Shown: in pieces, positions 19,632 through 29,635 of the stretch
Position numbering within the stretch: position 1 is the stretch's first letter
How the letters are laid out: every line of letters starts with the position of its first letter
Assembly: GCA_017608025.1 (NCBI GenBank)
Contig: JAFCGM010000001.1
Span: 78,885 to 142,884, forward strand
DNA: 64,000 nucleotides
Origin: Candidatus Pacearchaeota archaeon
Lineage (GTDB): Archaea > Nanobdellota > Nanobdellia > UBA10117 > JABICX01
Direction of reading: 5' to 3'
Notes under the pieces: model-generated
The model's database searches: none
Told to the model about the DNA's origin: nothing
What the model saw: only the letters and a program-made list of their open reading frames with translations
Program-made: the position numbers and the translations under genes

Positions 19632-22106
19632 TTATTCCAGATAAATGGCAGGTCTGCCTGGCTTTGCCTTTTTTGCTTTGTTTTCAGGGTCATATTTCTT
19701 TTTGTCATTTACTGCAAACACTTTTACTTTCTTTCCAGTTTTTTTTGACAATTTTTCTTCATTGAATATCTCAAGGTCTTTTGGAATTGCATAAATGAAA
19801 ACTTTTTTTGGCTCTTTTTTCTTTTTGTCTTTTATTATTTTTGAGATTTCAGCAATGTCTGAAATTGTGTTTTCGAATATTTTGTCTTGCTGCTCGAATT
19901 TTTCATTTATTTTTTTAGTGTCTGCTTCTGGCCAGTTTTGGATTGTAATGAATTTTTTGTTTCCGAGTTTCTCCCAAAGCTCTTCAGTTATGTGCGGGCA
20001 GAAAGGATGCAATAGCTTAAGGAAAATTTCTGCATGTTTTTTGCTTAAATTCTTTTCATCTTCAATTGCTTCAAAAAGCTCGCGAATTTTTATTGCTGAA
20101 ATATTATATTTGAAATTTTCAATGCTTTCTGAGACTTCCAAAATTGTTTTGTTTATTTTGCTTTCCAACCGTGGGCTTGTTTTTGATGGGTTGAATTCTG
20201 AATAGAAATCTATTATTCTGTTAATCAGTTTTTTGCTTCCTTGAATTCCTTTATCACTCCATTCTATATCTTTGTCTAGAGAAGCAAGAGATATAAGGAA
20301 CAGCCGTGCAGTGTCCATTCCGTATTTTTTTGAAACTGTTTCTGGCAGTATAACATTTCCCCAGGACTTTGACATTTTTCTTTTATCTGGACCGTGCAAC
20401 ATTCCCTGATTGAACAGTTTTATTGCGGGTTCGCTGAATTTCAAAAGACCCTGGTCGCGAAGGAATTTTGTGTAGAATCTGAAATAAATAAGATGCATGC
20501 AAGCGTGTTCGCGTCCGCCAATGTAAAGGTCAACAGGACACCAGTAGTTTGCCTTTTTTGAGTCAAATATTTTCTTGGAATTTTTCGGGTCAGTGTATCT
20601 GAGAAAGTACCATGAGGAGTTTACAAAAGTGTCCATTGTGTCTGTTTCCCTTTTCGCAGGTCCTTTGCATTTAGGACATTTTACATTTGCAAAAGACTTG
20701 CTTGTTTCAAGAGGATTTCCTTTTCCGAACTTAATATCTTTTGGTAGCTTTATTGGAAGTTCTTTTTCTGGAACTGGCACAGCTCCGCATTTTTCGCAAT
20801 GAATTATTGGTATTGGTGTTCCCCAATATCTCTGCCTTGATATAAGCCAGTCCCGGAGCTTGAATTGGATAACTCTTCTTCCTATTTTCCTTTTTTCAAG
20901 GTATTCTGCAATTTCATCTATTGCGTCACGATTCCAAGTTGCATTGAATTCTTTTGAGTTAACAAGATTTCCGTCGCCAGTATATGCTCGGGACATTCTT
21001 TCAGCATTAAGCTCATACATTTCAGGCTGGATTACAACTTTAATTGGAATATTATATTTTTTTGCAAACTCAAAATCCCGCTGATCATGAGCAGGAACTG
21101 CCATAACCATTCCGCAGCCATAGTCAGCAACAACAAAATTTCCAGCATAAACTGGAATTCGGTCTCCTGTTACAGGATTTTCAGCATAGCTTCCAGTGAA
21201 GACTCCTTCTTTTTCAAGCTCTTCTTTTTGTTTTTCTGAAACTGAATGAATTTTCTTCAGGAACTTTTCAACATTTTTTTTATGCTTTTCAGTTACAATA
21301 TCCATTAAGTCTGGGTGCTGTGCAGAAATCACCATGAAAGTTACACCGTAAATTGTGTCTGGTCTTGTTGTGAAAATCGGCCAAGTTTTTTCCTTTATCT
21401 TAAAGTCGATTTCAACTCCGTGGCTTTTTCCAATCCAGTGGCGCTGCATTGCTTTTATGTCTTCTGGCCATTTTTTTAATTTTTCAATGTCATTGTAAAG
21501 CTCATTAGCGTATTTTGTTATCTTGAAAAACCACTGCTTCAATGGCTTTATTTCAACATTTGTGTTTTCATGGCGCCAGCATTTTCCATTATAGACCTGT
21601 TCATTTGCAAGCACTGTTTGGCATTTTGGGCACCAATTCACGCTTGACTTTTTTTGATAAGCGAGGCCTTTTTTGAACATCTGCAAGAAAATCCATTGGT
21701 CCCATTTATAATATTCTGGATCAGAAGTTACAATCATTCTTTCCCAGTCATAGCTCAAGCCAATTGACTTGTGCTGTTTTATGAAATTCTTAATTGACTT
21801 TTTAGTGTAGTCTTCTGGATGAATTTTTGCCTTGATTGCTGCGTTTTCAGCAGGAAGTCCGAGGGCATCATAACCCATTGGATACATAACATTAAATCCT
21901 TTCATTCTTTTGTATCTGGCGAAAATGTCTCCGATTGTGTAATTGAAAGCATGTCCCATGTGAAGACCGTAAGCAGAAGGGTAAGGGAACATTTCAAGAA
22001 CATAGAATTTTTTCTTTTTTGGATTGGCTTTTGCTTGAAAGACTTTTTTGTCTTCCCATTTCTTTTGCCACTTTTCCTCGATTTTCTTAAAATTGACTGC
22101 AGTCAT
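19632..22106 (-). CDS. leuS: Leucyl-tRNA synthetase, bacterial-type
   Basis: MFPYPSAYGLHMGHAFNYTIGDIFARYKRMKGFNVMYPMGYDALGLPAEN matches the bacterial LeuRS consensus (HMGH ... NYTIGD ... DAFGLPAE). KMSKS present. 824 aa. Confidence 0.75.
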   Translation of the reverse strand: MTAVNFKKIEEKWQKKWEDKKVFQAKANPKKKKFYVLEMFPYPSAYGLHMGHAFNYTIGDIFARYKRMKGFNVMYPMGYDALGLPAENAAIKAKIHPEDYTKKSIKNFIKQHKSIGLSYDWERMIVTSDPEYYKWDQWIFLQMFKKGLAYQKKSSVNWCPKCQTVLANEQVYNGKCWRHENTNVEIKPLKQWFFKITKYANELYNDIEKLKKWPEDIKAMQRHWIGKSHGVEIDFKIKEKTWPIFTTRPDTIYGVTFMVISAQHPDLMDIVTEKHKKNVEKFLKKIHSVSEKQKEELEKEGVFTGSYAENPVTGDRIPVYAGNFVVADYGCGMVMAVPAHDQRDFEFAKKYNIPIKVVIQPEMYELNAERMSRAYTGDGNLVNSKEFNATWNRDAIDEIAEYLEKRKIGRRVIQFKLRDWLISRQRYWGTPIPIIHCEKCGAVPVPEKELPIKLPKDIKFGKGNPLETSKSFANVKCPKCKGPAKRETDTMDTFVNSSWYFLRYTDPKNSKKIFDSKKANYWCPVDLYIGGREHACMHLIYFRFYTKFLRDQGLLKFSEPAIKLFNQGMLHGPDKRKMSKSWGNVILPETVSKKYGMDTARLFLISLASLDKDIEWSDKGIQGSKKLINRIIDFYSEFNPSKTSPRLESKINKTILEVSESIENFKYNISAIKIRELFEAIEDEKNLSKKHAEIFLKLLHPFCPHITEELWEKLGNKKFITIQNWPEADTKKINEKFEQQDKIFENTISDIAEISKIIKDKKKKEPKKVFIYAIPKDLEIFNEEKLSKKTGKKVKVFAVNDKKKYDPENKAKKAKPGRPAIYLE

Positions 22107-22181
22107 GATTAAGATATATATTTACTTAGTTTTAAAAGTTTTATTAAATCCCGTGTTCAAGTGCTTTTTCAAGTGCAGATT

Positions 22182-22442
22182 TTAATTTAATGTTTTTCTT
22201 TCTTCTAAGTCATATTTTAGGTCAATCATCCATGCATCTCGTTTGTATTCATTAATGTATCTGAAAGCATATACTTTATTGAAAAAATCCAAAAAGTAAA
22301 CTGCTTCATTTACTTCTGCTTGAAATCTTGGAAGTTCTTTAATGTCTTTTAGTATTACTAATCCCATTTCTTTTAAATAAAGCATTGTTTTGTTAGATAT
22401 TTGTTCTGGAAATTCCATTATGCTTTTTTGAAATGTTTGCAT
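22182..22442 (-). CDS. Hypothetical small protein (about 86 aa from the internal Met)
   Basis: The longer ORF 22182..22595 reads through the tRNA-Arg gene (GFESLRA is the translated T-arm), so it is trimmed to the Met after the tRNA. Confidence 0.25.
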   Translation of the reverse strand: MQTFQKSIMEFPEQISNKTMLYLKEMGLVILKDIKELPRFQAEVNEAVYFLDFFNKVYAFRYINEYKRDAWMIDLKYDLEERKTLN

Positions 22443-22488
22443 TTCCAAATGCTTTTTTCGAGCGAAGCGAGAATTTTTGGCAACTTGC

Positions 22489-22523
22489 AGAACCTTTCTT
22501 AAAAAGAAATGTTCATGAAAGAA
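22489..22523. repeat. Copy of the intron-like module gaacctttcttaaaaagaaatgttcatgaaag, ~20 bp downstream of the tRNA-Arg 3' end
   Basis: Aligns with 27110 gaacccttttagaaaaagcgttcacggaaaaac and with the intron. Confidence 0.45.
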
Positions 22524-22541
22524 GAACTTTAGTTTTTTGAA

Positions 22542-22679
22542 AAAGGCAGAGCGAGCCCGGAGGGATTCGAACCCACGATCTACAGCTTCCTTCAACCTGT
22601 CGCAGAAGTTTTTTTCCGCGAACGCTTTTCTTTTTAGAGAAAAGGGCTCTTAGAAGGCTGTCGCCCTATCCAGACTAGG
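22542..22679 (-). tRNA. tRNA-Arg (anticodon TCT) interrupted by a ~63-nt intron at the canonical 37/38 position (intron approx 22578..22640)
   Basis: Manual fold of the reverse complement. Acceptor GGGCCCG/CGGGCTC; D arm GCCT-AGTCTGGATA-GGGC; anticodon stem ACAGC ... GCTGT with loop CTTCTA|intron|A; T arm GTGGG-TTCGAAT-CCCTC (one T-T mismatch). Exon CTTC pairs with the intron 3' end GAAG, giving a BHB-like central helix. Confidence 0.7.
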
Positions 22680-22839
22680 CTACGGGCCCAGAAATAAGAA
22701 CTTTGACTAATTTATAAAAGTTTTCAATATTTTTTCCAACAAAAATTTAGGAATAAAGCATATTTAATTGTTTAACTCTAGTAGCAAAATATTTAAAAAC
22801 ATCATTTTTGAGTAACAACATAACACACTTGGAGAATTA

Positions 22840-25137
22840 ATGATGAAAAAAATACTTTTATTAACTATACTAGCAGTAACTTTACTTGTCAGTTTTTCAG
22901 CTGTGAATGCAGCAGTTGTTATAAATGAATTTGAGCCGAATCCAGATGATGGATGTCTTGATTGTGCTGAGTGGGTTGAGATAAGAAGAACAACTTCAAG
23001 TGACCCAACATCTTTTGTTTTGGATGCTGGCGGACAAAATACAAGCTTTTCTTTTAATTCTGAAGGCTATTTAGTTGTGACGGGCAACTTGTCTGTTTTT
23101 TCAACAATGTATCCAAATGCTTCTGGAACAATTATTGAAGGGAATATAAGCTTAAATAATGACAAAGATACAATAATAATATACAATTCTTCAAATAATG
23201 CTGTTTTGGATAATGTAACATATGGTGATTTTTCATCAAAAGAAGGACAATCTTTAGGATTATATTATGATAATCTGAATGACCATTACTATTCATATGC
23301 AAACCCAACACCAACACAACAAAACCCTGATGTATTACCTCCAGGTAAACCAACTAACATCAATTCAGAAGTAGGTTTGTCCTCTATTAAATGGACCTGG
23401 ACAAACCCTTCTGATGAAACAGATGGCTCTGGATTCAAGCATGTTGAAGTCTACTTGAATGGCGTATTTCAGGAAAACTCCACTTTAGGAGAATTTACTG
23501 CAACAGGACTTACAAGAGATACAATTTACACTATAAAATTAATTGCTGTTGATAATGCAGGGAACAAGGCTGGTGAAGTTACAAGCCAGACAAAAACTCT
23601 TGCACAAGGAGTTTACATTAAATCAGTTGATTTGAGCAGAGAAGTTGATTCAGAAAGGCAGACTGTTGTTGAGACTTCAATAATAAACAATACTGCGCTT
23701 GAAGATTATTCTGCGCTTTCTTATGAGATTTCAAACTTGAAATGGGAAGGGAAAGATTCTTATTCATTTGAAAGTCCTGAGTTCATATCAATAAGGCAAT
23801 CACCAATAAGCCTTGCAAGTGGCTCTTCAGCAACTCTTGTTTTTGATGTTACAATTCCTTCAAGAAGTGAGGTTGAAGGATATGGTTATTATAAGGCAAC
23901 ATATAGAGTTCTTGAAGGCACAACAGAACTTGCCACAGAGTCATTCAACTTGAGGCTTTTGCCAGAAGATTATGATAATGACTTAGAGATTTCAGACATT
24001 GACTTAGATGATGATGAGCTTTTCCCTGGAGATGAGACAACTCTTGAAATTGAAGTTGATAATAACTTTGATGATGACATTGATGATGTTGAAGTTATTG
24101 TGCTAAATGAGAATCTTGATATTGATGAATCTTTTGACATTGGAAGCATTGATGAGGGAGATGATGCAACAGTATCAGCTGATTTACAAATTCCTTATGA
24201 TTCTGAAGAAGGAGATTATACTCTTTTAATTTTGGTTACTGGGGAAGACCCAGATGGAAATGATATCTCAACTTATGATTTAATTGATTTGAGTGTTGAG
24301 AAAGATAGCCATGATTTGGTCATTTCTGAAATAGATGTTTCAGATGAGGAAATAAGCTGCGGGTCAATACTTTATGTTGATGTGGAAGTTACAAACATTG
24401 GAACAAGTGATGAAGATGACCTTGTTATAAGGCTTAAAAACAGTGAGCTTAACTATGAGGAAATTGAAACTCTTGATGAGCTTGAGGAAAATGAGGACGA
24501 GACATTCACTTTTGAAGTAAGGCTTCCTGTCGACATTGACTCTGGAGCTTATATTTTTAATGCTGAGATTGAATATGATGACGATGAGGATCAGGACAAT
24601 GACAATCATTTGAGAAGTTCTGTAGGAGTGACAATTAACTGCGGGGAAAGTAACGCAAGAGGAGAAACTGGCGAAGCAACGCTTTCCGGAGACATGGAAA
24701 AGACAATAACTCAAGGAACAAATGCAGTGTTTTCATTTGAGCTTGAGAATATTGGTGATAAAGATGCAGAGTATGAGTTGAAAGTTTCTGGATATTCTGG
24801 ATGGGCTTCTGAAGTTGTAACTGAACCAGAAGGAGTTTTCATAATCTCGCCTGGTGAGACAGTTCCAGTTAAAATATATGTTTATCCAGAATCAGACGCA
24901 GCTGGAAGCGCAAGCTTGTTTTTGAAAGTTTACTCAAATGATGAAGTTGTTATTTCAGAAACAATTTCTCTGAACATTGTTTCTTTAAGAGAACGAGCAG
25001 AAACTGGTGGAGAAATTGACTATTCAACAATTTTCCTTGTTGGCGCAATTGTTGTCGGAATTGCTGCCCTAGCAGGAATTTATATATTTGCAAACAAAAA
25101 TTCATTGCTTAATGGCAGGAAAAAGAGGGAAAAATAG
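22840..25137 (+). CDS. Secreted cell-surface protein with a fibronectin type III domain, acidic Asp/Glu-rich repeats, CARDB-like domains and a C-terminal TM anchor
   Basis: Signal peptide; FN3 signature SSIKWTWTNPSDETDGSGFKHVEVYLNG...TIYTIKLIAVDNAGN; repeats ending V.V.N.G; C-terminal IFLVGAIVVGIAALAGIYIF followed by KKREK. Confidence 0.5.
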   Translation: MMKKILLLTILAVTLLVSFSAVNAAVVINEFEPNPDDGCLDCAEWVEIRRTTSSDPTSFVLDAGGQNTSFSFNSEGYLVVTGNLSVFSTMYPNASGTIIEGNISLNNDKDTIIIYNSSNNAVLDNVTYGDFSSKEGQSLGLYYDNLNDHYYSYANPTPTQQNPDVLPPGKPTNINSEVGLSSIKWTWTNPSDETDGSGFKHVEVYLNGVFQENSTLGEFTATGLTRDTIYTIKLIAVDNAGNKAGEVTSQTKTLAQGVYIKSVDLSREVDSERQTVVETSIINNTALEDYSALSYEISNLKWEGKDSYSFESPEFISIRQSPISLASGSSATLVFDVTIPSRSEVEGYGYYKATYRVLEGTTELATESFNLRLLPEDYDNDLEISDIDLDDDELFPGDETTLEIEVDNNFDDDIDDVEVIVLNENLDIDESFDIGSIDEGDDATVSADLQIPYDSEEGDYTLLILVTGEDPDGNDISTYDLIDLSVEKDSHDLVISEIDVSDEEISCGSILYVDVEVTNIGTSDEDDLVIRLKNSELNYEEIETLDELEENEDETFTFEVRLPVDIDSGAYIFNAEIEYDDDEDQDNDNHLRSSVGVTINCGESNARGETGEATLSGDMEKTITQGTNAVFSFELENIGDKDAEYELKVSGYSGWASEVVTEPEGVFIISPGETVPVKIYVYPESDAAGSASLFLKVYSNDEVVISETISLNIVSLRERAETGGEIDYSTIFLVGAIVVGIAALAGIYIFANKNSLLNGRKKREK

Positions 25138-25303
25138 TGAAAAAATTATGTTCACTTGAGCCCCTTTTAGAAAAAGCGGCTGCGGAAAACACAGCAGGCA
25201 AGCAAAAAATGATGCCTGCAAGCCCCGTTTGGAAAAAGCGGCTAAGACTGCGTCTAAGGCGGCTACGCCTTCTGCGGAAAAGTGAAAAAATAATGTTCAC
25301 TTG
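25136..25303. repeat. Two copies of the cccttttNgaaaaagcggct module (25159..25280) flanked by the 23-bp direct repeat agtgaaaaaat(t/a)atgttcacttg (25136..25158 and 25281..25303)
   Basis: Direct reading. The first repeat copy starts at the stop codon of the upstream gene. Confidence 0.55.
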
Positions 25304-25377
25304 GCAAAGCAAAGCCTTATAAAGGCAATTCTTTGCTGAGTATAATATTCCAAATCTGATTTGGAGGTGCAAATTAA

Positions 25378-26982
25378 ATGAAAAACCTATGGAAAAAAGG
25401 AATACTTGGAATTTTAGGAATTATTGTATGTTTAGCCATGACAACAGCTGTTTCAGCTTATAGCATGGTGAATGTGCAAGATACAAATATAGAGTTGACA
25501 ACAGATGACGCAGTTATTCCTATACCAATAACTTACACAAATGATGGCAGTGATGTTGATATAACTGTTATAATGGACGCAAGTCCAGTTAATGACTACA
25601 CTGAACAGCAGTTTTCTATTGGAGGAAGTGTTACACCTGTTTCAGATGTAATTAACTTTCCTGTATCTGGAGAGCTTCCAATGGGAGAAATTACTGTTTC
25701 TGTGAATATTTCAGGACCAGATGCAGTTTATATTGGTAGTTCAACAGACAATAAGAACGGAGAGTTCTTTGATATAACTCTTACTGTAACAGAAGCAATT
25801 CCAGACAAAGACACAGAAATTGCTCCTGGTTTGATAACAGAAATTGACATTGAGGAAGATGAAGTTGCTCCTGGAGTAGATGTTGAGTTTGAAGTAGTTC
25901 TTGAAGCTGCTGAAGACGAGCGTTTTGAGGATGTAACAATAACTGCTTGGCTAGAGGATGTTTACGGTGAAAGACTTACAGACAAATACGAGACTGGAGA
26001 ATTCAATCTTGGAAGAACAGATGACGACGATGAAGAGTCTAGATTCATGACAATTGAAGTTCCAGAAGATGCTGATGAGGAAGAATATTTCCTTGTTGTA
26101 AGAGTTGAAGGAACAGAGATTGAAAATGGAGTCGGAATTGAAGGACTTTTGGACATGTCAAGAAATGACATAATCGATGTTGTGAGAAACGAGCACTCAT
26201 TGGAAATTCAGTCAGTTGAAACAAGAGGAACAGCAGCAGCTGGCTCAACACTTGACTTCGTAGTTACTGTTTTGAACAACGGAAACAATGATGAAGACGA
26301 TGTTGTAATTCGAGTTGCAGTTCCAGAACTGGGAATTTCACAAGCTTCAATGCCAATGACAATTGAAGAAAGTGAGGAAATTACAAATTACTTCACAATT
26401 TCAATTCCACAGAACGCTGAAGCAAATGAGTATTCAGTTCTTGTAAGTGCTTTCAACTCAAAGTATACTGATGTCTCTCAGTTTAGTCTGGATGTTTCAG
26501 GAACAGAAGCTAAAGAGGATTCACAAATAGTTGTAAACACTGGCGATTCAATAAAGTCAGTTGGTGAATCTGGAGCAGTTTTTACTGTATCCTTAACAAA
26601 CACTGGTTCAAATGCAAGAACTCTTTCATTAGAAGCTAGCGGAGTCAGAAACTGGGGAGAAATTAGCATCAACCCAGCAACTGTTGTTGTACCAGCAGGT
26701 TCAACAAAAATTGTTTCTGTTTTTGTTACAGCTGACGAAGGAGTTAAAGGAGACCAGCAATTTAGTCTTTTTGTAAGAGAAGACTCAAAAATTGTTGACA
26801 GTATTTCCTTTACTGCAGAAATTGACTCAGATAATGTGGACACTGTTTCTTTGACAACAGCACTTAAGTGGGGAATTGGAATTTTGATTCTGGTTCTTGT
26901 TGTAGCTTTTGTTGTTTGGTCATGGAGACGTGAAGTTTCTGAGACAAGCGGAAAAAAGAAGTCTGGTAGAAAATACTACTAG
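25378..26982 (+). CDS. Secreted acidic cell-surface protein with CARDB-like domains and a C-terminal TM anchor
   Basis: Signal peptide; repeated motifs V.VLNNGN.DEDDVVIRV and SLTNTGSNARTLSLEASG; C-terminal GIGILILVLVVAFVVWSW then basic tail. Confidence 0.5.
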   Translation: MKNLWKKGILGILGIIVCLAMTTAVSAYSMVNVQDTNIELTTDDAVIPIPITYTNDGSDVDITVIMDASPVNDYTEQQFSIGGSVTPVSDVINFPVSGELPMGEITVSVNISGPDAVYIGSSTDNKNGEFFDITLTVTEAIPDKDTEIAPGLITEIDIEEDEVAPGVDVEFEVVLEAAEDERFEDVTITAWLEDVYGERLTDKYETGEFNLGRTDDDDEESRFMTIEVPEDADEEEYFLVVRVEGTEIENGVGIEGLLDMSRNDIIDVVRNEHSLEIQSVETRGTAAAGSTLDFVVTVLNNGNNDEDDVVIRVAVPELGISQASMPMTIEESEEITNYFTISIPQNAEANEYSVLVSAFNSKYTDVSQFSLDVSGTEAKEDSQIVVNTGDSIKSVGESGAVFTVSLTNTGSNARTLSLEASGVRNWGEISINPATVVVPAGSTKIVSVFVTADEGVKGDQQFSLFVREDSKIVDSISFTAEIDSDNVDTVSLTTALKWGIGILILVLVVAFVVWSWRREVSETSGKKKSGRKYY

Positions 26983-27063
26983 ATTTTTCTTTCTTTTTTT
27001 ATTTATCTTTTTCTTTTTTGAAAAAAGAAAACCAATGCTAAAAAAACTATTTAATTTTTAATA

Positions 27064-27239
27064 TCTTCTGCAAAAGAACTTTTTATTTCTTATATTATAA
27101 CTATTGAACCCTTTTAGAAAAAGCGTTCACGGAAAAACTTTTAGAAAAAGTTTCATCAAAAAAAGAATATAAGATAAGAGCTTTTCTTAGAAAGAACATC
27201 TTCTGCAAAAGAACTTTTTATTTCTTATATTATAACTAT
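27064..27239. repeat. Element (27105..27198, containing gaacccttttagaaaaagcgttcacggaaaaac) flanked by the 41-bp perfect direct repeat tcttctgcaaaagaactttttatttcttatattataactat (27064..27104 and 27199..27239)
   Basis: Direct reading. Confidence 0.6.
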
Positions 27240-27287
27240 CAGAGTGAATAAAAGTATATATACTAATTTTTAAAATTAATTACTATA

Positions 27288-29495
27288 ATGTTAAAGCTTA
27301 ATATTAAACTAATAATCATTGTTTTAGCAGTATTGATTGTTCTTCCAAGTGCATTTGCTGCATCTGATTTTGATGTATTTTCATCGCAGGATTCAAAAGA
27401 AACTTGCCCAAGTTATTTTGTTGTTTATGAATATACTATTAAAAACACAGGAGATGAGGTCGACAGCTACACTGTTTCAAAAAGCGGGCTTGCTGCTGAC
27501 TGGGCTATTGCTTCTCCGTCTGGTTTTGTTTTGCAGCCAGGCCAAAGCCAAGATATTTATGTTTATGTTACTCCAAGCAAAAATGCCTTAACTGGAGAAT
27601 ATTCTCTTGAAATAAAATTTAGTTCAGAAAATGCAGGTTCAGAAAAGATTTTAAATTCTTTAATTGTAAAGGACTGCAATGCAGTTGAATTAAGTGCAGA
27701 AGACAAAAGCATTGATATTTGTTCAGGAGAGCTTGCAGAGCTTTCATTTCAGATTGCAAATGAAGGGATTTGGACAGAGACTTTTGACCTTTTTTTAAGT
27801 GGCAAGATTGCTGAGCATGCTTCATTGAATAAGGAGGTTTTGAGACTTGAGCCAGAGCAAACAGATGAAGTTGTGATTCAGGTTGACACTTCTCAACTTT
27901 TAAAAGGAGAGTATTATCTTTCTGCAACTGCAGAATCAAGAGAAAGCGAAGCTGCAGACATTTTGGATTATGTTCTTAATATTGAGGGATGCTACGGCTT
28001 TTTGGTTTCAGCAGAGTCCTATTATGAGCAGTGCGAGAATTCAAAAGAAGAGGCTTCTATTTTAATTGAAAACATTGGAAAGTCAACAGACACATTTGAA
28101 CTTGAGGTTTCAGGTCCAGACTGGGCTTCTCTTGGAAGAAGAAGAATTATTATTCCTGGAGGAAGTTCAGAAGAAATTACGCTTTTCCTTTCTCCAGATT
28201 ATAAAGATATAGGCACACAAGACATAAAGGTTTCTGTTAGAGCAGTTAATGGCGGAGAAACAAAAGAGCTTGAAATAAAGTCAAAAGTTAATGAATGCTA
28301 CGGTGTTCGGGCAGACATTTCAAGAGAATCTGACATTGTTTGTTCAGGAAATTCTGTTGTTTATCCTGTTAGCATTAAAAATGTGGGAGAATTTAAAGAG
28401 GATTTTGTAGTTAGTTTAGATGGACCAGAATGGGCTAAAATTGACGAAGATTTTTTATCTTTGGATGCAGGTGAATCTCGTGAGTTTAATTTGAAGATTT
28501 CAGTTCCAAAAGATGCAGAAGCTGGCGATTATGATATTAAGCTGATTGCAGAGCTTCAGAATAACAAAGGAATTTCAAATTCAGATGAGATTTCAATAAA
28601 TGTTCCTACAAAAACAGACTGCTTTGGAATACTTGTTGAGGCGGAATTAGATAAAATCGATGTTCCTTATGGTGAAGCTGCTTTGATTCCAATTCTTATT
28701 GAAAATGTAGGTCGCGAGACAGCAACATATGTTCTTGATATAAGCGGAACAGGTGTGAGTTATGTTAATTTAAATCCTTCAGCAATTGAAGTGAAAAGCG
28801 GAACATCAGAGATAGCTTATTTATATATTTCAGTTCCAGAAGATGCAGACAAGGAAATTTATGAAGTTGTTATTTCTGCAAGAGATGAAAATGGAGTTGT
28901 TTCAAGTTCCACAAAAGTGAAGTTTTCCCCATATGAACGATCTGAGGAGGAGACAATTATTTTAGTGAACAAGACAGAAGAAGAGTCCTTTTTTTTGAGG
29001 ATTTTTTCAAAAATAAGATTGTGGTTTACTCCTACAGAAGAGCCTGCTGAGAGTTTTACAGAGGAAGCTTTTGAAGAGAAGACTGAAGCAGGTGCTGAGG
29101 GGGAAGAGCAAGCAGAAGTTTCTGAGGAGCTGAAGGAACAGGAAAAAGAAGCTGAGAAGCAGGCAAATGAAACTCAGGAAGGCATTGAGGAACATAAAGA
29201 AACAGAAGGAAAGGGTTTTGGATATTATTGGAATCTTGCTAAAAGCAACTGGCACTTAGTTTTAATTGGCACCTTTATATTTATTCTTTCAGTAGCAATA
29301 ATTAAAGTTGCTTTTACTGAGGAAGATGAAGAGCTTAAAAATCTTATATTTGAAAGAGAAAATGGCAAAGGCACTAAAAAGAAAATTGAAAAGAAGATGC
29401 CATCAAAATCCAGGAAAAGGAAATCAAAAGAAGGATTGAAAAACAAAGCCAGGGTCTATTGGGAAAAGTTCAAAAAATGGCTTGAAGAAGAGTGA
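27288..29495 (+). CDS. Secreted cell-surface protein with 6 or more repeated ~100-aa CARDB-like domains, a coiled-coil Glu/Lys-rich stalk, a TM segment and a basic cytoplasmic tail
   Basis: Repeats YTIKNTGDEVDSYTVSKSG..DWA, FQIANEGIWTETFDLFLSG, LIENIGKSTDTFELEVSGPDWA, SIKNVGEFKEDFVVSLDGPEWA, LIENVGRETATYVLDISG. TM segment LVLIGTFIFILSVAII. Confidence 0.5.
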   Translation: MLKLNIKLIIIVLAVLIVLPSAFAASDFDVFSSQDSKETCPSYFVVYEYTIKNTGDEVDSYTVSKSGLAADWAIASPSGFVLQPGQSQDIYVYVTPSKNALTGEYSLEIKFSSENAGSEKILNSLIVKDCNAVELSAEDKSIDICSGELAELSFQIANEGIWTETFDLFLSGKIAEHASLNKEVLRLEPEQTDEVVIQVDTSQLLKGEYYLSATAESRESEAADILDYVLNIEGCYGFLVSAESYYEQCENSKEEASILIENIGKSTDTFELEVSGPDWASLGRRRIIIPGGSSEEITLFLSPDYKDIGTQDIKVSVRAVNGGETKELEIKSKVNECYGVRADISRESDIVCSGNSVVYPVSIKNVGEFKEDFVVSLDGPEWAKIDEDFLSLDAGESREFNLKISVPKDAEAGDYDIKLIAELQNNKGISNSDEISINVPTKTDCFGILVEAELDKIDVPYGEAALIPILIENVGRETATYVLDISGTGVSYVNLNPSAIEVKSGTSEIAYLYISVPEDADKEIYEVVISARDENGVVSSSTKVKFSPYERSEEETIILVNKTEEESFFLRIFSKIRLWFTPTEEPAESFTEEAFEEKTEAGAEGEEQAEVSEELKEQEKEAEKQANETQEGIEEHKETEGKGFGYYWNLAKSNWHLVLIGTFIFILSVAIIKVAFTEEDEELKNLIFERENGKGTKKKIEKKMPSKSRKRKSKEGLKNKARVYWEKFKKWLEEE

Positions 29496-29496
29496 T

Positions 29497-29583
29497 TTAT
29501 CTTCTTTTTTTGTAAAAGTAGTATGCTGCAGCTATAATTGCAATAATTGCAACAGCGCCTACAACAAGGTATGTTGTTGCCAT
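29497..29583 (-). CDS. Tiny hydrophobic peptide MATTYLVVGAVAIIAIIAAAYYFYKKRR (28 aa), paralog of 42098..42175
   Basis: Hand-translated, below the ORF-track cutoff. Shares the G.VAAII...YYF pattern with a second peptide in a similar convergent position. Confidence 0.25.
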   Translation of the reverse strand: MATTYLVVGAVAIIAIIAAAYYFYKKRR

Positions 29584-29635
29584 GTTTTGGAGAAGAGATT
29601 ATTATTTATTTAGTTATGTAATTATTTTTAAGTAA

